A stretch of DNA of 55,284 bases from positions 1 to 55,284 of IMG/VR virus record IMGVR_UViG_3300037440_000124, one strand, 5' to 3'. Positions 36,389-47,808 of this stretch are shown here, in pieces (positions within the stretch are counted from its first letter, which is position 1; every line of letters begins with the position of its first letter). A model generated the notes under the pieces. It had not been told where the DNA came from and did no database searches. It saw only the letters and a list, made by a program, of their open reading frames with translations. The stretch comes from a virus (lineage: Duplodnaviria; Caudoviricetes). A program made the translations under genes and the position numbers.

Positions 36389-36772
36389 ATGAGAGCATTT
36401 CACCCGCGCCGGGAGCATCCTGCTCTGTACGGCGTCAGCGCCGAACGTATTTCCAAGTGGTGCGGCTGTCATCTGACGACCGCGAGAAGATGGCGGCGCG
36501 GCGAAGAACCGCCTAAATCCGCCTTGATCCTGATCGAGCTGATGAACACCGGCGACTTGGGCCTGATCAATCCGGCATGGGACGGCTGGATCCTGAAAGG
36601 CAAATCCCTGATCGCACCGCACGGTGAAATCTTTTCCAGGGGTGACGTCCTGTCGCTTAGGTTTCTGGCGCAGCAGGTGGCGCATCTGATGAGCGAGGCT
36701 CGTTTGCCACGTCAAAGTGACTGGATAAACGGACGCTGGGAGGTTGCTCCCGAGATCGCCATTGCCAACTGA
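36389..36772 (+). CDS. Phage HTH regulatory protein (DUF3653-like)
   Basis: TTARRW..GDLG....WDGW....LIAPHGE; opposite strand to its neighbours. Confidence 0.6.
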   Translation: MRAFHPRREHPALYGVSAERISKWCGCHLTTARRWRRGEEPPKSALILIELMNTGDLGLINPAWDGWILKGKSLIAPHGEIFSRGDVLSLRFLAQQVAHLMSEARLPRQSDWINGRWEVAPEIAIAN

Positions 36773-36911
36773 AATTGTAATGCCGTTCTCCCCGGTGCCG
36801 CCGCGCCGATCCTGTCAGGACAGATCAACGCGACGGACTTCCGTTTTTGGTACTCCCGACAGCCTCTCCTGACCGATATCTGCTGCGGTTTCCTCTCTCT
36901 GGTATCCGTCA

Positions 36912-37094
36912 AACTGTTTTAAGGATCGGGCCGGGCGCTACTTCCGGCTCTGGCTAAGGGTTACTTCCCGACGATAGTTGCCACACCGTCATCGGCAGTT
37001 GCCGTCATCGTTAGGGGGCCTAAGTCCCTACCCGCATCCGCTGCACTTGTTCCCTGCGTGTCTGCTTTCCACGCCGCCGATCCTCAAAACAGTT
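36912..37094 (-). ncRNA. Structured phage ncRNA (tRNA-like / C4-like), copy 1
   Basis: 18-bp closing stem with one G.U pair on the minus strand, enclosing CGGCGTGGAAAGCAGACACGC and AGCCGGAAGTAGCGCCCGGC arms. Confidence 0.6.
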
Positions 37095-37243
37095 GTTTAG
37101 TTAAATCGTTTTCGTCTTAAGTCAAATAAGCGGTTGAAAAAAAACGGGAACCTGTTCCCGAAATGCTATTTTCTATTGACGCGCCCTACCCTGCCGTTTC
37201 ACGCTTTGCCATCCCAGAAAACAAAAATACTCACGGGGATGAT

Positions 37244-37453
37244 TCATGCCGAATGCGACGCGCCCTGCCCGTTCAATTCCGAACTGAGATAGTCGTGAAC
37301 CTTCTGGACTTTCGTGGCCCCGGAGTCTTCGAACTTTCCCTGCGCGAATTTCGCCAGCCACCAGTAGTTGACGCCAGCGGCCTCGCTGATCTTCCGCAAC
37401 GATTGCTTGCGCGTTCTGAGCATTGCTTGAGTGCGTACGATTAGATCGGCCAT
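37244..37453 (-). CDS. Cro-like HTH protein
   Basis: SLRKISEAAGVNYWWLAKFAQG; divergent from the repressor. Confidence 0.75.
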   Translation of the reverse strand: MADLIVRTQAMLRTRKQSLRKISEAAGVNYWWLAKFAQGKFEDSGATKVQKVHDYLSSELNGQGASHSA

Positions 37454-37463
37454 GCGGTCATTC

Positions 37464-37535
37464 GAGCACAACTGTACTCAGACGTCAAGCACCACTATGC
37501 TCAGGCGCTCGCCTAGTATGAGTAGGACGGTACTT
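37464..37535. promoter_or_regulatory. Three operator-like palindromes (RAGYA-N6-TRCTY) in the cro/cI divergent region
   Basis: 37464-37479, 37487-37502 and 37520-37535; minus-strand TTGACG at 37483-37488. Confidence 0.6.
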
Positions 37536-37901
37536 ACTCATGCGGGAGAGAAGGTTTTGGTCAAGGGAACTGATACCAAGTCGGTGGTAGCACGGAATTT
37601 GCGAGCTCTGATGGACGAGAAGGAATGGAGCGAGCGTCGCCTTGCGGCCAAATCCGGCGTGGCCCAGAAGACCATCAACAAAATTCTTAACCTGGAATCG
37701 GCGCCAACGTCTGACACGATAGACAAACTGGCCGCCGCTTTCGGGCTTGCGGCGTGGCAATTGACACTACCGATCCCGCCGGAGCAAATCAGCGACTCCG
37801 GGTCATTCAGCGCCCTCCTACACCACTACATCGCCGCCTCGCCAGACAGCCGCGCCGAGATCTCGCGCGTCGCCGAGCGGGAAGCCAAGCACCGCAAGTA
37901 A
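37518..37901 (+). CDS. CI-like XRE repressor (no peptidase domain)
   Basis: VARNLRALM..WSERRLAAKSGVAQKTINKI..PTSDTIDKLAAAFG; start uncertain. Confidence 0.82.
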   Translation: MSRTVLTHAGEKVLVKGTDTKSVVARNLRALMDEKEWSERRLAAKSGVAQKTINKILNLESAPTSDTIDKLAAAFGLAAWQLTLPIPPEQISDSGSFSALLHHYIAASPDSRAEISRVAEREAKHRK

Positions 37902-37943
37902 CCGCCCTACCCGCCCCTGCCGGGGCTAAATATTTCTCCGAGT

Positions 37944-37992
37944 GAGTACTTTGGTACTTGACATTGTGCCCATGGCGAGTATTCTTGTGCTC
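37944..37992 (+). promoter_or_regulatory. Early promoter (TTGACA-16 nt-TATTCT) with two further operator palindromes
   Basis: GAGTA-CTTTGG-TACTT at 37944-37959 and GAGTA-TTCTTG-TGCTC at 37977-37992. Confidence 0.65.
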
Positions 37993-39103
37993 AGGCCAGC
38001 AGCCCAACAGGGTCAACAAATGAAACCCCAGCCCACCCCCACCCACAACCCCGTCACCTGCCCGAAGTGCGGCGCCCCGATCCCGGTTCGTAAACCTCGC
38101 GGGACGGTGTTCAAGATCCGGCGGGCTCGGGCACTGGCACGGCATAACTATGAGGCGCATCGATGAACGACAACACCCCGAAGCGGATAAGGACGCTGGC
38201 CGAACTGGATGGCCTGTCAATCAAGGATGCGGCGAGGATTCCTCACCCTGTCGATCTGGGCAAGTGGACCGGCCGTTATTGGATTGACGTAGACCTCGGT
38301 GTCTTTCGCGTCAAGGATGAATGGCGACGGGCGACGAGCGAGCATCAGTCATGACCTTCCAACATCCCCTCGCCATGATCGCCCTAAAGATCACCAGCGA
38401 CCGCAACGTCATCGACTTCACGCCGCACCTGCGCCGGAAGCGATTGGAGAATTCGCGGCTGGTACGGAAGTCGATCGATCAGATTATAGCGGAAGCGGAT
38501 GACGCGATGCTGGCATTGAGAGAACGCAATGACCGTCGGTGAATGGTTCGCCTTGCTCTGGTTGGCCATCGTTTTGCTAGTGATCGGCCCGCTGACTGCG
38601 GAGTTCATAGGCTGGTGTATCCGGCATTGGCGGACCGCGATTCGACATTTAAAGGAACAGAAATGAGCGATCAAATCGACACCGAAGAACTGAAACGAGA
38701 CGCGATGCAAAGTGCGCGCGGCCTGTCGCTGGTGTTCTGGCTGGCGGTGATCTGCTACGGGTCGATGTTTGGGATTATCGCGGCGAGGGTGTGGTGATGA
38801 ACGAAAAGACCTGTGACAAGCCAGCAACCCATCGCTTTACGTGGCCCGGAAATGACGAGAGTTTCATCTGCGAGGACCATCTGCCGAAGCTGAAGGCGGT
38901 AGCGCAGGCGCTCGGCTTGCACCTGCAGACCATTGCAGTGCCGGACGGAGACGAGCAGACATGCCGTCAGCGGGAGCCGAAATGAACGAACCAGACTTCA
39001 TCACCGGAATGATGCTCTTGATCGGCTATCTAGGGCTCGTCTGTGGGGCGCTAGGGCTAGGTGGATTAGTGCTCAAGTTCTTCCTAGGGCGGGACGTTTA
39101 ATT

Positions 39104-39565
39104 ATGCGTAAGTGCCGTCATGTGAAAGTTCGTGGTTGGGCAACAAGAATTATTGCAAACGGTAAGGACGTCCGGCCTCGCCTATACCACTGCTGGAAGA
39201 AGATGCGACAGCGTTGTCAAAACAAAAAGGACAAGGATTACGGTGATTACGGCGGCAGAGGGATTTCCACATGTGAGCAATGGAATACATACAGCACATT
39301 TAGGATATGGGCAGTGTCGAGTGGCTATCGTCAAGGATTAACCATTGACCGTATCGACAACAATGGTGACTACGAACCAGACAATTGCCGGTGGACTACA
39401 CGGATTGCGCAAGCACGCAACACAAGAACGAATATTCTGACAGCCGATATTGTGCGCGAGATTCGCGCTAGCAAAGAACCTCCAGTCTACTTCAAAAGAA
39501 AGTACGGGATACGTTCCAGCCATATCTGGAACGTTCGCCAACATCTTATTTGGAGGGATGTGTGA
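39104..39565 (+). CDS. HNH homing endonuclease
   Basis: LYHCWKKMRQRC..YGGRGI..LTIDRIDNNGDYEPDNCRW. Confidence 0.85.
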   Translation: MRKCRHVKVRGWATRIIANGKDVRPRLYHCWKKMRQRCQNKKDKDYGDYGGRGISTCEQWNTYSTFRIWAVSSGYRQGLTIDRIDNNGDYEPDNCRWTTRIAQARNTRTNILTADIVREIRASKEPPVYFKRKYGIRSSHIWNVRQHLIWRDV

Positions 39566-40517
39566 TGAACAATCGCATTCCTAATGAGCTAACTATCGGC
39601 GATGTGATTCGGTCTGCCAAATCGACAGAGCAGTACAGGGTAATTTGTTTCTCAGGCAATCCGCCCGTGATCCTCGCTCAGCTAGAACACACGCGAACCG
39701 GGAAAACGATGATTCGGACCACAACCCAGATCATGGCTGGCTGGCGCATGGTGAAGCAGACATGAACATCGTCGCCAACAAAACGCCTGTCGGCTGGCGC
39801 GCAATAGATCTTGACACGTTCGACGGTGCGCCGGAAAACCGCGACGAACTTATCGGTGGCGAGATCGGGCGAGGCGATACCGAACAGGAAAGCATCGATG
39901 ATCTTTGCGATCAGCTTGGACTGAACTACAGCATGAAGGCGGAGGACGCGGCATGAACAAGGCGGCTTTGATACTGACGCTTCTGGCTGGCTGCCAGATG
40001 GAAGGCAAAGTGTCCGGCGAAGCACTTAAACATGACTTCTCTTGCTTGGACAGTCGAGACGGTGAGCGCTTCGTTCTAATTGGAAGCACCACTAGGAATC
40101 CGAGAGCTGGCATCGGCACAGCATCCTGTGTCGACATGGACGATTCAACTGGCCAGACGTGGAGAATCTGTAGCGACTCCGAGGCGTGGCTAAAGTGTGA
40201 AGCGATTGAACGCGAGGACGCACCGTGACCATCAAATCCAGCGACCTGATAGACGTATACCTGCCCCTCGATACAAAGCAGCCGAACACATACGTCTGCC
40301 TTAATCCGAAGTGCGAGGCGATTTCGTGGGATTTCGAGATGAAGAGAGTTATTGAGCCACACGGGGAGACCACACTGGTTTGTCCAGTTTGCAACGGCAG
40401 CGAAATTGAATGACGTACCAAATGGAAAAGTTGAATGAATACTCAACCCATTAATGATTTTGAAGAAGCTGAAGAGGAGCTTAAACGACAGCAACAGAAC
40501 GAACAGGAACCGGAACA

Positions 40518-40991
40518 ATGGTGGACTTTACAAGATCAGGATCTTTACTGGATCAAATCAAATCTGAACTGAACTTTTTGGAGAATACGAAGATGTACGA
40601 AGATGATAACACAATCAGCCGCTTCAATGACGATGTTTCATTAGATGCAACAGTTCCAAGCACCAGCAAATATCTCGCAAAGGAAGATTGTGATCCTCCA
40701 TTGCTAGTAACTGTCGGCGGCATGACCCTCGACGAAATGGAAACGGACGGCCAGAAAGAACGAAAAGCGGTACTGCATTTTCAGGAAGCGGACATCAAAC
40801 CTATGATCCTGAACAACACTAACAAGGAACTGTTAAAGGTTGTTACAGGCGGACGCACAGTCGGAGAAATCCGAGGCAAGAAAATCGTAGTCTACAACGA
40901 CCCTACAGTAATGTTCGGCAAGAAAGCGGTCGGTGGCATCCGTATCCGCGCACCGAAGAACCAACAACCAATCGACGACGTACCGTACTAA
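40518..40991 (+). CDS. Conserved phage protein, possible ssDNA-binding/annealing partner of the exonuclease
   Basis: SKYLAKED..LNNTN..V.FG...VGGIRIR; acidic C-terminus DDVPY; coupled to the exonuclease gene. Confidence 0.5.
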   Translation: MVDFTRSGSLLDQIKSELNFLENTKMYEDDNTISRFNDDVSLDATVPSTSKYLAKEDCDPPLLVTVGGMTLDEMETDGQKERKAVLHFQEADIKPMILNNTNKELLKVVTGGRTVGEIRGKKIVVYNDPTVMFGKKAVGGIRIRAPKNQQPIDDVPY

Positions 40992-41653
40992 TGCCCTCTG
41001 GACGACCACAAGACGGATACCGGAACGCGCATGGAGAGCGCGTTCCCGGTACCACAACGATCATCGGACGTTTCAAAGAGTCCGGCGCCTTACTGCATTG
41101 GGCCTTCAATCAAGGCAAATCTGGTGCGAAAACTCTCTATGAGAAACGCGATCAGGCAGCCGAAGCAGGAACGCTCGCGCACGACATGGTATTTCAACAC
41201 CTTCACGGCGATCCGGTAACGATCCCGGATAACACGGACCTGACTATCGCCGGACAGGCACAAACCGCATTCAACGCTTATCTATCGTGGGCCTCAATGA
41301 CTAAGCTCGAAATTGTTGAACAGGAATTTCCTCTGGTATCAGAACAGCATCAGTTCGGCGGTACACCAGACGCTATCGGGCTGGTCAATGAAAAGCTTTC
41401 ACTGGTTGACTGGAAAACCTCTAACGGGGTCTACCAGGATTATCTGTTACAGCTCGCGGCCTACGACATCTTGATCAAAGAATGTCGCCCTGATCTTGTA
41501 TTGACCGGTGGCTATCACTTGTGCCGCTTTGCCAAGTCTTACGGAGACTTCGCCCACCATTACTGGCCCGAACTTGAGGACGCCAAAAAGATGTTCCTGA
41601 TGCTTCGTGAGTGTTACGACATCGACAAGATTCTCAAGAAGCGAGCCGCATGA
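40991..41653 (+). CDS. PD-(D/E)XK exonuclease (phage recombination)
   Basis: PGTTTI..GTLAH..E..GGTPD..VDWKTS..QLAAY motifs. Confidence 0.85.
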   Translation: MPSGRPQDGYRNAHGERVPGTTTIIGRFKESGALLHWAFNQGKSGAKTLYEKRDQAAEAGTLAHDMVFQHLHGDPVTIPDNTDLTIAGQAQTAFNAYLSWASMTKLEIVEQEFPLVSEQHQFGGTPDAIGLVNEKLSLVDWKTSNGVYQDYLLQLAAYDILIKECRPDLVLTGGYHLCRFAKSYGDFAHHYWPELEDAKKMFLMLRECYDIDKILKKRAA

Positions 41654-42111
41654 GCCGAGAAAAGTTCATGCTCCGCGTCCAGAAAGGATCACTGATCCCG
41701 GCAGACGGATCTACGCAGCAGCGAATGCGCGAGAAAGGCTATGTGCTGGACGACGTGCTGGCCGCGACGCTGACGAAGCCGCGGAACCCAGCATTCAACA
41801 GACTGGTCCATGCCTTCGGCCAGATCGTCTCGGAGAACATCGAAGCCTTCGAAGGACTGGATGCGCACAAAGTACTTAAGCGGCTGCAAATAGAAGCCAA
41901 CATCGGCTGCGATGAAGTGCCGTTGAACTTCCCAGGAATCGGACCATGCACCTACCGGGTACCTCGGTCGCTGTCGTTCGTCAGCATGGACGATGGAGAG
42001 TTTAAGGAAGTGTTCCAGGCCATGTGTACGCACGTTGCCAAGACGTATTGGCAGGACCTGACCGCGGAGCAGATCGAGGAAATGGCGCAGATCATGGCGG
42101 ATGCGGTATGA
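41650..42111 (+). CDS. Hypothetical protein (DUF1367/NinB-like)
   Basis: KPRNPAFNR..PRSLSF.SMD..EF pattern. Confidence 0.55.
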   Translation: MSREKFMLRVQKGSLIPADGSTQQRMREKGYVLDDVLAATLTKPRNPAFNRLVHAFGQIVSENIEAFEGLDAHKVLKRLQIEANIGCDEVPLNFPGIGPCTYRVPRSLSFVSMDDGEFKEVFQAMCTHVAKTYWQDLTAEQIEEMAQIMADAV

Positions 42112-42416
42112 ATCTTCGAGCACATGCACGTGGCAAGCCATGCATGATACGTGTGCCAATGTACTGTAACGGCAACCCGGAGACTACGGTCCTCGCCCAC
42201 GACAACACACCCGGAACTTCCGGCATGGGCATGAAATGCCATGACGTACAGGCGGCCTGGTCCTGTTCTACCTGCCACGACGTCATCGACGGCCGTATCA
42301 AGACGCACTACACCAAGACGGAACGTCGGGTCATGTTCCTCGAGGGGATGGTCCGCACTCAGTACGCGCTGATCCGGGAAGGGATTTTGCAGATAGCCAG
42401 AAAGGCAGTCGCGTGA
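42108..42416 (+). CDS. DUF1364 (YbcO-like) nuclease-domain protein
   Basis: ARGKPCMIRVP..CNGNPETTVLAH..GMGMK..AWSCSTCHDVIDGR. Confidence 0.85.
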   Translation: MNLRAHARGKPCMIRVPMYCNGNPETTVLAHDNTPGTSGMGMKCHDVQAAWSCSTCHDVIDGRIKTHYTKTERRVMFLEGMVRTQYALIREGILQIARKAVA

Positions 42417-43256
42417 ACAGTTCTTTTAATACCCTCACCGAAATTTAGGAAGTGACCGAAATGATTATAACCACCAACACCGACATAACCGCTGTCGAAT
42501 CTGGATGCGGTCACGTCATCTACATGAGCGACGACTTGATTCGACAGCGGCGGCGCGATCACCAGACGTTCTACTGCACCGTCTGCGGGAGCCATCGGCA
42601 CTGGCCGCAAAAATCTGACCTTGAAGAACTGCGCGGCCAGCTCGCCACAACAAAGGACATGCTCGACACTGCGCGCGCCGACCGGGATGCGAAGGAACGC
42701 CAGAGACGCGCTGAGAAAGCCGCTAAGAAAGGCGATGGCCGAACAGTGGGGATCACTTCCACTGATCCATACACGGAGTTAACGAATGGCTATCAGGTTG
42801 AGGAAGGTCGAGGGAACGTTGATCGCGCTGTGCGCGGCAGAAACGGACCCGATGGCCGGTGACGTGTACTTGGACGATGGCCAGCACTACGCCCTTTCCG
42901 CGAAGTTCTGGCGCGACTACAAGGGCCAGACCATCGACTTCAGCAACGAGGAAGATGACCGGCTGGCCGAGACGCAAAAGCTACGAGATGCCGCTGAGGT
43001 CGCGCGGCAATGGCAAGCAGAACAGGCAGGGACCAATGACGACAGAAACAGTTGACGAATACTTGGAGCGCAATCTTGCGGTCTGCTCATCTCTCGGGAT
43101 CGAGGCTGCGGCACGGGTCGCGTTGGAGCGGCTTCACCAGATGAAGCGCCCGCCGAAATGGCTGATCGAGAAGTTTGAGGCCATCCACGAGCGGGAGGCA
43201 AAGGTTCGGCCTCACCTGGTTGAGCATCGGCGCGAAGTATCACCGTACAAGTAAGT

Positions 43257-43622
43257 CTAGCGATGTTTCTCCAGCCATTCCTCAAGGTGCGCAAATTTGA
43301 CTGCCCCAGGCTCGACCAGATCACCACTAGCGAACTGCCGGACCCAGTTGTAGTGAACGCCCAGGTCTTGGGAGATTTGTTTTTGCTGCCCGATCCTAGA
43401 CGCAACATCCCGGCGAGCACGCTCAATCCTTTTCTCGATATCTGTTTTGACCGTCTTTTTTGGCTTTGGCATGGGTTTCTCAAATTGGCTATCTATCCAC
43501 TGAATGTCATCAATGGTGAGTGCAAACCACTCCCCTCGAACGTGCCTGTAGGCTATGCGCGCTTCCGCAATATCAGAATAACCTATTTTGTAGAACTCGC
43601 CGGCCTTTAAAACGTAAATCAT
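43257..43622 (-). CDS. Fusion of a truncated GIY-YIG/T5orf172 remnant and a Cro-like HTH
   Basis: IYVLK..YKIGYS..ARI directly joined to RGEWF; C-terminal ISQDLGVHYNWVRQFASG..EPG resembles the Cro at 37244. Confidence 0.55.
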   Translation of the reverse strand: MIYVLKAGEFYKIGYSDIAEARIAYRHVRGEWFALTIDDIQWIDSQFEKPMPKPKKTVKTDIEKRIERARRDVASRIGQQKQISQDLGVHYNWVRQFASGDLVEPGAVKFAHLEEWLEKHR

Positions 43623-43624
43623 GC

Positions 43625-43654
43625 TTGACACCAGTATACTAGCAATGCTAATAT
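43625..43654 (+). promoter_or_regulatory. Sigma70-like promoter with palindrome
   Basis: TTGACA (43625-43630), TGn-TAATAT (43646-43654), palindrome TAGCAATGCTA (43640-43650). Confidence 0.55.
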
Positions 43655-46600
43655 AATAGCATGAACAAGGAGGATATAGCAATGGCCGAAATTCAGAGTG
43701 ATCTACTCCAGCGGGCAGAGCGTGCGGCTGTCCTTTACTTGACAGATACACGACGCACTCCTGGCGGGGTAGATAAGACGAAGTCAAGGGCCGAGAAGTC
43801 TCGCGAGTCCGCAATGCTTGCTATGTGGACTGAGGCGGTCTGGATCGCCAATGGCAGAAAGCACACGCCGGACTATTGGCGCACGCGAATTGTCAAGAGG
43901 GCGCAAAGCAATGCTGTGTCTTGAATGCGACTACGCGCCAATCAGCAAGCCAGATCCCAGGGTTCCGCCGCTGGACACAGGCGATTGCCTTTGCCAAGGC
44001 TGTTTTGAGATGGCCGTTGAGCAACTGAGGGACGAGGCGCTAGAGACCGTCGAATATTGCGATGAGTTACTGCCCCATACAGAAAGGTGACGAAATGGCT
44101 ATGAAATCGCAGAAGAAAACTTTCGAGGATTACTACGACCATTCTCTGAAATCCTATATCCCCGGTCTGGAGCCGTGGCAAGCATCTGCGGTTAAGGAGG
44201 TGGCTAGATCAGCCTTTTGCCATGGCATTCGGTATCAGAAAGATAAAGGAACAGGTCCAGATGGCGACGCGCACAGTTAAAGAGAAGCGACATTGGCTTT
44301 GCCGGATTGGTTTGCACTCATGGTTCGGTTGGTATGACCGCGGATTAACGGGGAGAACTTGTCGGCGATGCCAAAAACAAGAAACCTTTGCGGTAAGGTG
44401 ACGATGCAAACCGAGACTGACAACGAACGAATAATTCGCATCTGCGGCAAGCAAAACATGATCGAAGTTGCCGAGGAACTGGAGTCTCTACGAGCCCATA
44501 ACAAGCTGATGCAGGACGCAATCAGGCTTGCGGAGCGCCAGCTTTGCGAGGTCGAGCTGTGTGCTGGAACGCGACGAATACTACTTGGCAGCCTGAAACG
44601 GAAACAGTTCAATGACAACACGAACTGAATTTGGTCGGAGCTATTGGCTAAGAAACCCTGCCAAAGCAGCCATCAAGATTGAGTGGCTAGCCGAGTACGT
44701 CCGCAAGTTGGAGGCGGTCTACGATGCGGCGTGCGGCCTTCGCGTCCATCCCGTGCCAGTGGAGGCTGGGCCAGAGGTTAATGCTGTCGCAGACGCTATT
44801 GAGGAAGCGGTAGACGCGATAGTCATGGAAGAACGAACGGCAGCAATGACGCACGATGAATACTTGCGTCAGCCTCACCTTGACCCAAATACGGGCGACA
44901 TACCGCTGCCGAACGGATGCACTCTATTTTGGAAGAACGGCGAGCAGGGCCGCGAGTACCACAGCGACGAGATTGGCGGCGGCGTGTTGGTTTGGCATAC
45001 GGCGTTGGTCGATGACGCGACGCTGCTGGCCGCGCTGACTCAAGAGGCATCCTTGCGCAAGGCTGAACGAGAACGGTCCGGGACCAATGACAACAGTTGA
45101 CGAGGAAATCGCCCGAGAACTGGCGAACAACCCCGAAGCCCTGCGCGCCATGCTTCGGAATATGGCCGTGGATGCAGTCAGGTGGCGTGAGGCACTGGAG
45201 GAATGCGAGCGGCTGGCACGGACCGGGGTCGCTGGCTACGAGGAAGATATGCCTCGGACTCTAAGTTTCATCGAGCAGACCGCGCGACAAGCACTCCACA
45301 AGTAAATCAGGAGCGAACAATGGCGACACCGGAAGAAGCGAGGGCTTGCAACCACGTCTGGGTATCGAACAGTGGTCAGGGCGGCGAACCTGAGTTCCGT
45401 CTGAACCGGCACATGTCGGATAAGCCGCTTATGCACGTCCGATGCTCGGAGTGCGGCTGCCGGACTTGGCTCACGCGCGAGCAGTGGGACGCAACCCCGG
45501 AAGATTCCGGGTCCAGTTAGGAGACGCAATGTTTATTCGCCGACTCCAGAACAGTCCGATCACCCGCTGGCTGTGGCAGATGTACCAGCACGACGAAACC
45601 GGTCGCGTGGTCCTGCGTCCGCTGTGGAATCCGCCAGGTCGCCGCTGGCAGCGGGTCCGGTGGCGCAATTGAATGCAGCCGTGGAATCTCGCTTGTTAGC
45701 GGGTAGGTCACGGCATAGCTCGGCTGAAAAACTGCCGAGGGTGCGAGGCCGGCTACACGCCTACGTGGGGCGCGACGCACAACCTATGACTGACTGTTGA
45801 GGGCACTGAATATGGGAACGGCTGCGGATGATCTTAGAGAGCGTGAGGAAAGCGAGTACGAGGACCATGTGCTCGGCTTCTGCAGGGTGTGGAACTACTG
45901 CCAGTATTGCGATAGGGAACGCGAAGAACAGGAGTGGCAATGGCGGCTGGACCATCGAACAGATCGCGAGACTTGAGAGGACTGGTTATGGACTGGGTAT
46001 CAGCGAACGAGCGGCTTCCCGACATCGAGGGCGAGTACTTGGTCGCGTTTCGCGTCCACGGTGGGTGGCAATACATGCTGGACGAATTGTGCGGCGGGGA
46101 CGATGAAACGCCGTCCGTGTGGATGAGCGACGGACCGACCGCGCCGAAGGTCGAAATGTGGCTGGACTTCCCGCGCGTTGGCGAGTGACACCGAATGAGG
46201 CAGTGATGATTGATCTTCGAAAGCTTGCCCGAATAGCCCGCAGCTCAGAGTTGCACGACTTGAAGGTTGGGCTGACGCCAGACGAGGTGGACAGCATCGC
46301 CGACGAGATCGAGAGCCTGCGGGCAGCGCTAAAGCCGTTCGTGGACGCCTACGCGCGCTCCGGCCGCAGTGCAGTCTACGCATCGGCCTTCCTGCACCCA
46401 GATGCGTGGGAACCGGCGGCACAGGCACTCCAGACAAAGGGCAGCGACCCGAAAGAAGGATTCCACCGCGATGCCTGCGACCCTTACCGGGACTATCTGG
46501 ACGAGACGGGAAAGATCCCGGAGCAAACCATCGATTTCCAGGAAGATACTGAGTCGGTAACTGTAAGACTTGCCGATGGTCCGAGCGACCTGGAACTTGG

Positions 46601-47323
46601 CGATTTCGATGTGACCGTAAAGGACACGTCACCAGAGAAGGCATTTCACAACCCAGTCAAAGATAACAACTATGATTATTGTGAGAAATGCGGAGAGTTC
46701 TGCTCAGAACACTACGAACTTTGTATTTGTTGTAAGCAACCTGCACTGACGGAGAAGGACAGTGGATAGATTCCGACGAGAAACGTCAACATCACAAATT
46801 GATCTTGAAGCCAGCTTTTGTATTGATTTCAGCGGCCTCCTTTTCGGCGAATCAGGCGGTCACGATTCGGAAGGGAAAACGAATCTTGGCAAGGCATCCG
46901 TCCTCGATGTCGATTGCACACTAGAAATCTACAACACAGTTGTCGAGTGCTATAGGACATCCCTTCGGGATCTTCTGCTAAGCACTATCGATGAATCTCA
47001 TCAATTCTACGCAGGGGAAATCGACAAAGTCGAGGCTCTGTTTGCCAGATCTCGGAGAGCCGCAGACGAACTGCGAGAAATTGCTGACGCCATAGAATTA
47101 GAAGTCAGCAATCGTGAGCGTCGGTAATAATCAGGAGAAATGATAATGGAACAGTACAACCAAGCGGTTAGAGTTGGAAAACGAGGATCTGCGCAAAAAG
47201 CTGGAGCGTGAGGAACGTGAGTTTCAAAGCCTCGCCAGCGGGAATAGAGCTGCCCGTAGAAGGGCCGCTGCGCTGGCTCGCAAAGCCAAGAAACGTCAGG
47301 AAGTTTAGTGACGAGAGTAGTCC

Positions 47324-47590
47324 ATGAAACTATCAGGCAATCGGTGCCGTTGTGGTGGTTGCAACAGGTACTTCAACTCCACCAGCGCCTTCGACCGACA
47401 CCGCTCCGGCAAGCCAGCCGAGCGGGTCTGTCTGGACCCGGAAAGCCTCGGAATGGTCCAAAATGCCGGGTCGTTCTGGATTACCGCTCCCCTAGCCACG
47501 GTTCCGGCGTTTCTTGCCCGGACGGCACGCGAGAAACGAACGATCTTTGAAATCCAGGACTCTGCTATGCCTGAACTGGAACGTGCCTAG
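47324..47590 (+). CDS. FDXHR-type zinc-binding phage protein
   Basis: CRCGGCNRYFNSTSAFDRHR. Confidence 0.65.
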   Translation: MKLSGNRCRCGGCNRYFNSTSAFDRHRSGKPAERVCLDPESLGMVQNAGSFWITAPLATVPAFLARTAREKRTIFEIQDSAMPELERA

Positions 47591-47808
47591 AATGGCCCTT
47601 ATTTGCCAGAGAACCCCATGATCCGAATAATCGAACTGACGCCGCGCGATGATGACACGGTAGAGATCATGTACACCTGCCCGACAAAGCATGGAACCCG
47701 TTGGGGCCGGTCAACATTCAGCCAGCACCTGCCGATCAAGTATATGCTGGAACTGATTCAGGCTGAAGCGGATACAGGGGCCGAGTTTGATCTGGCGAAC
47801 AAACCATG

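Noticed and set aside
40991-41653. Cas4-like adaptation nuclease for the array
   Set aside because: It lacks the Fe-S cysteine cluster, lies 28 kb away and sits in an ordinary recombination context.
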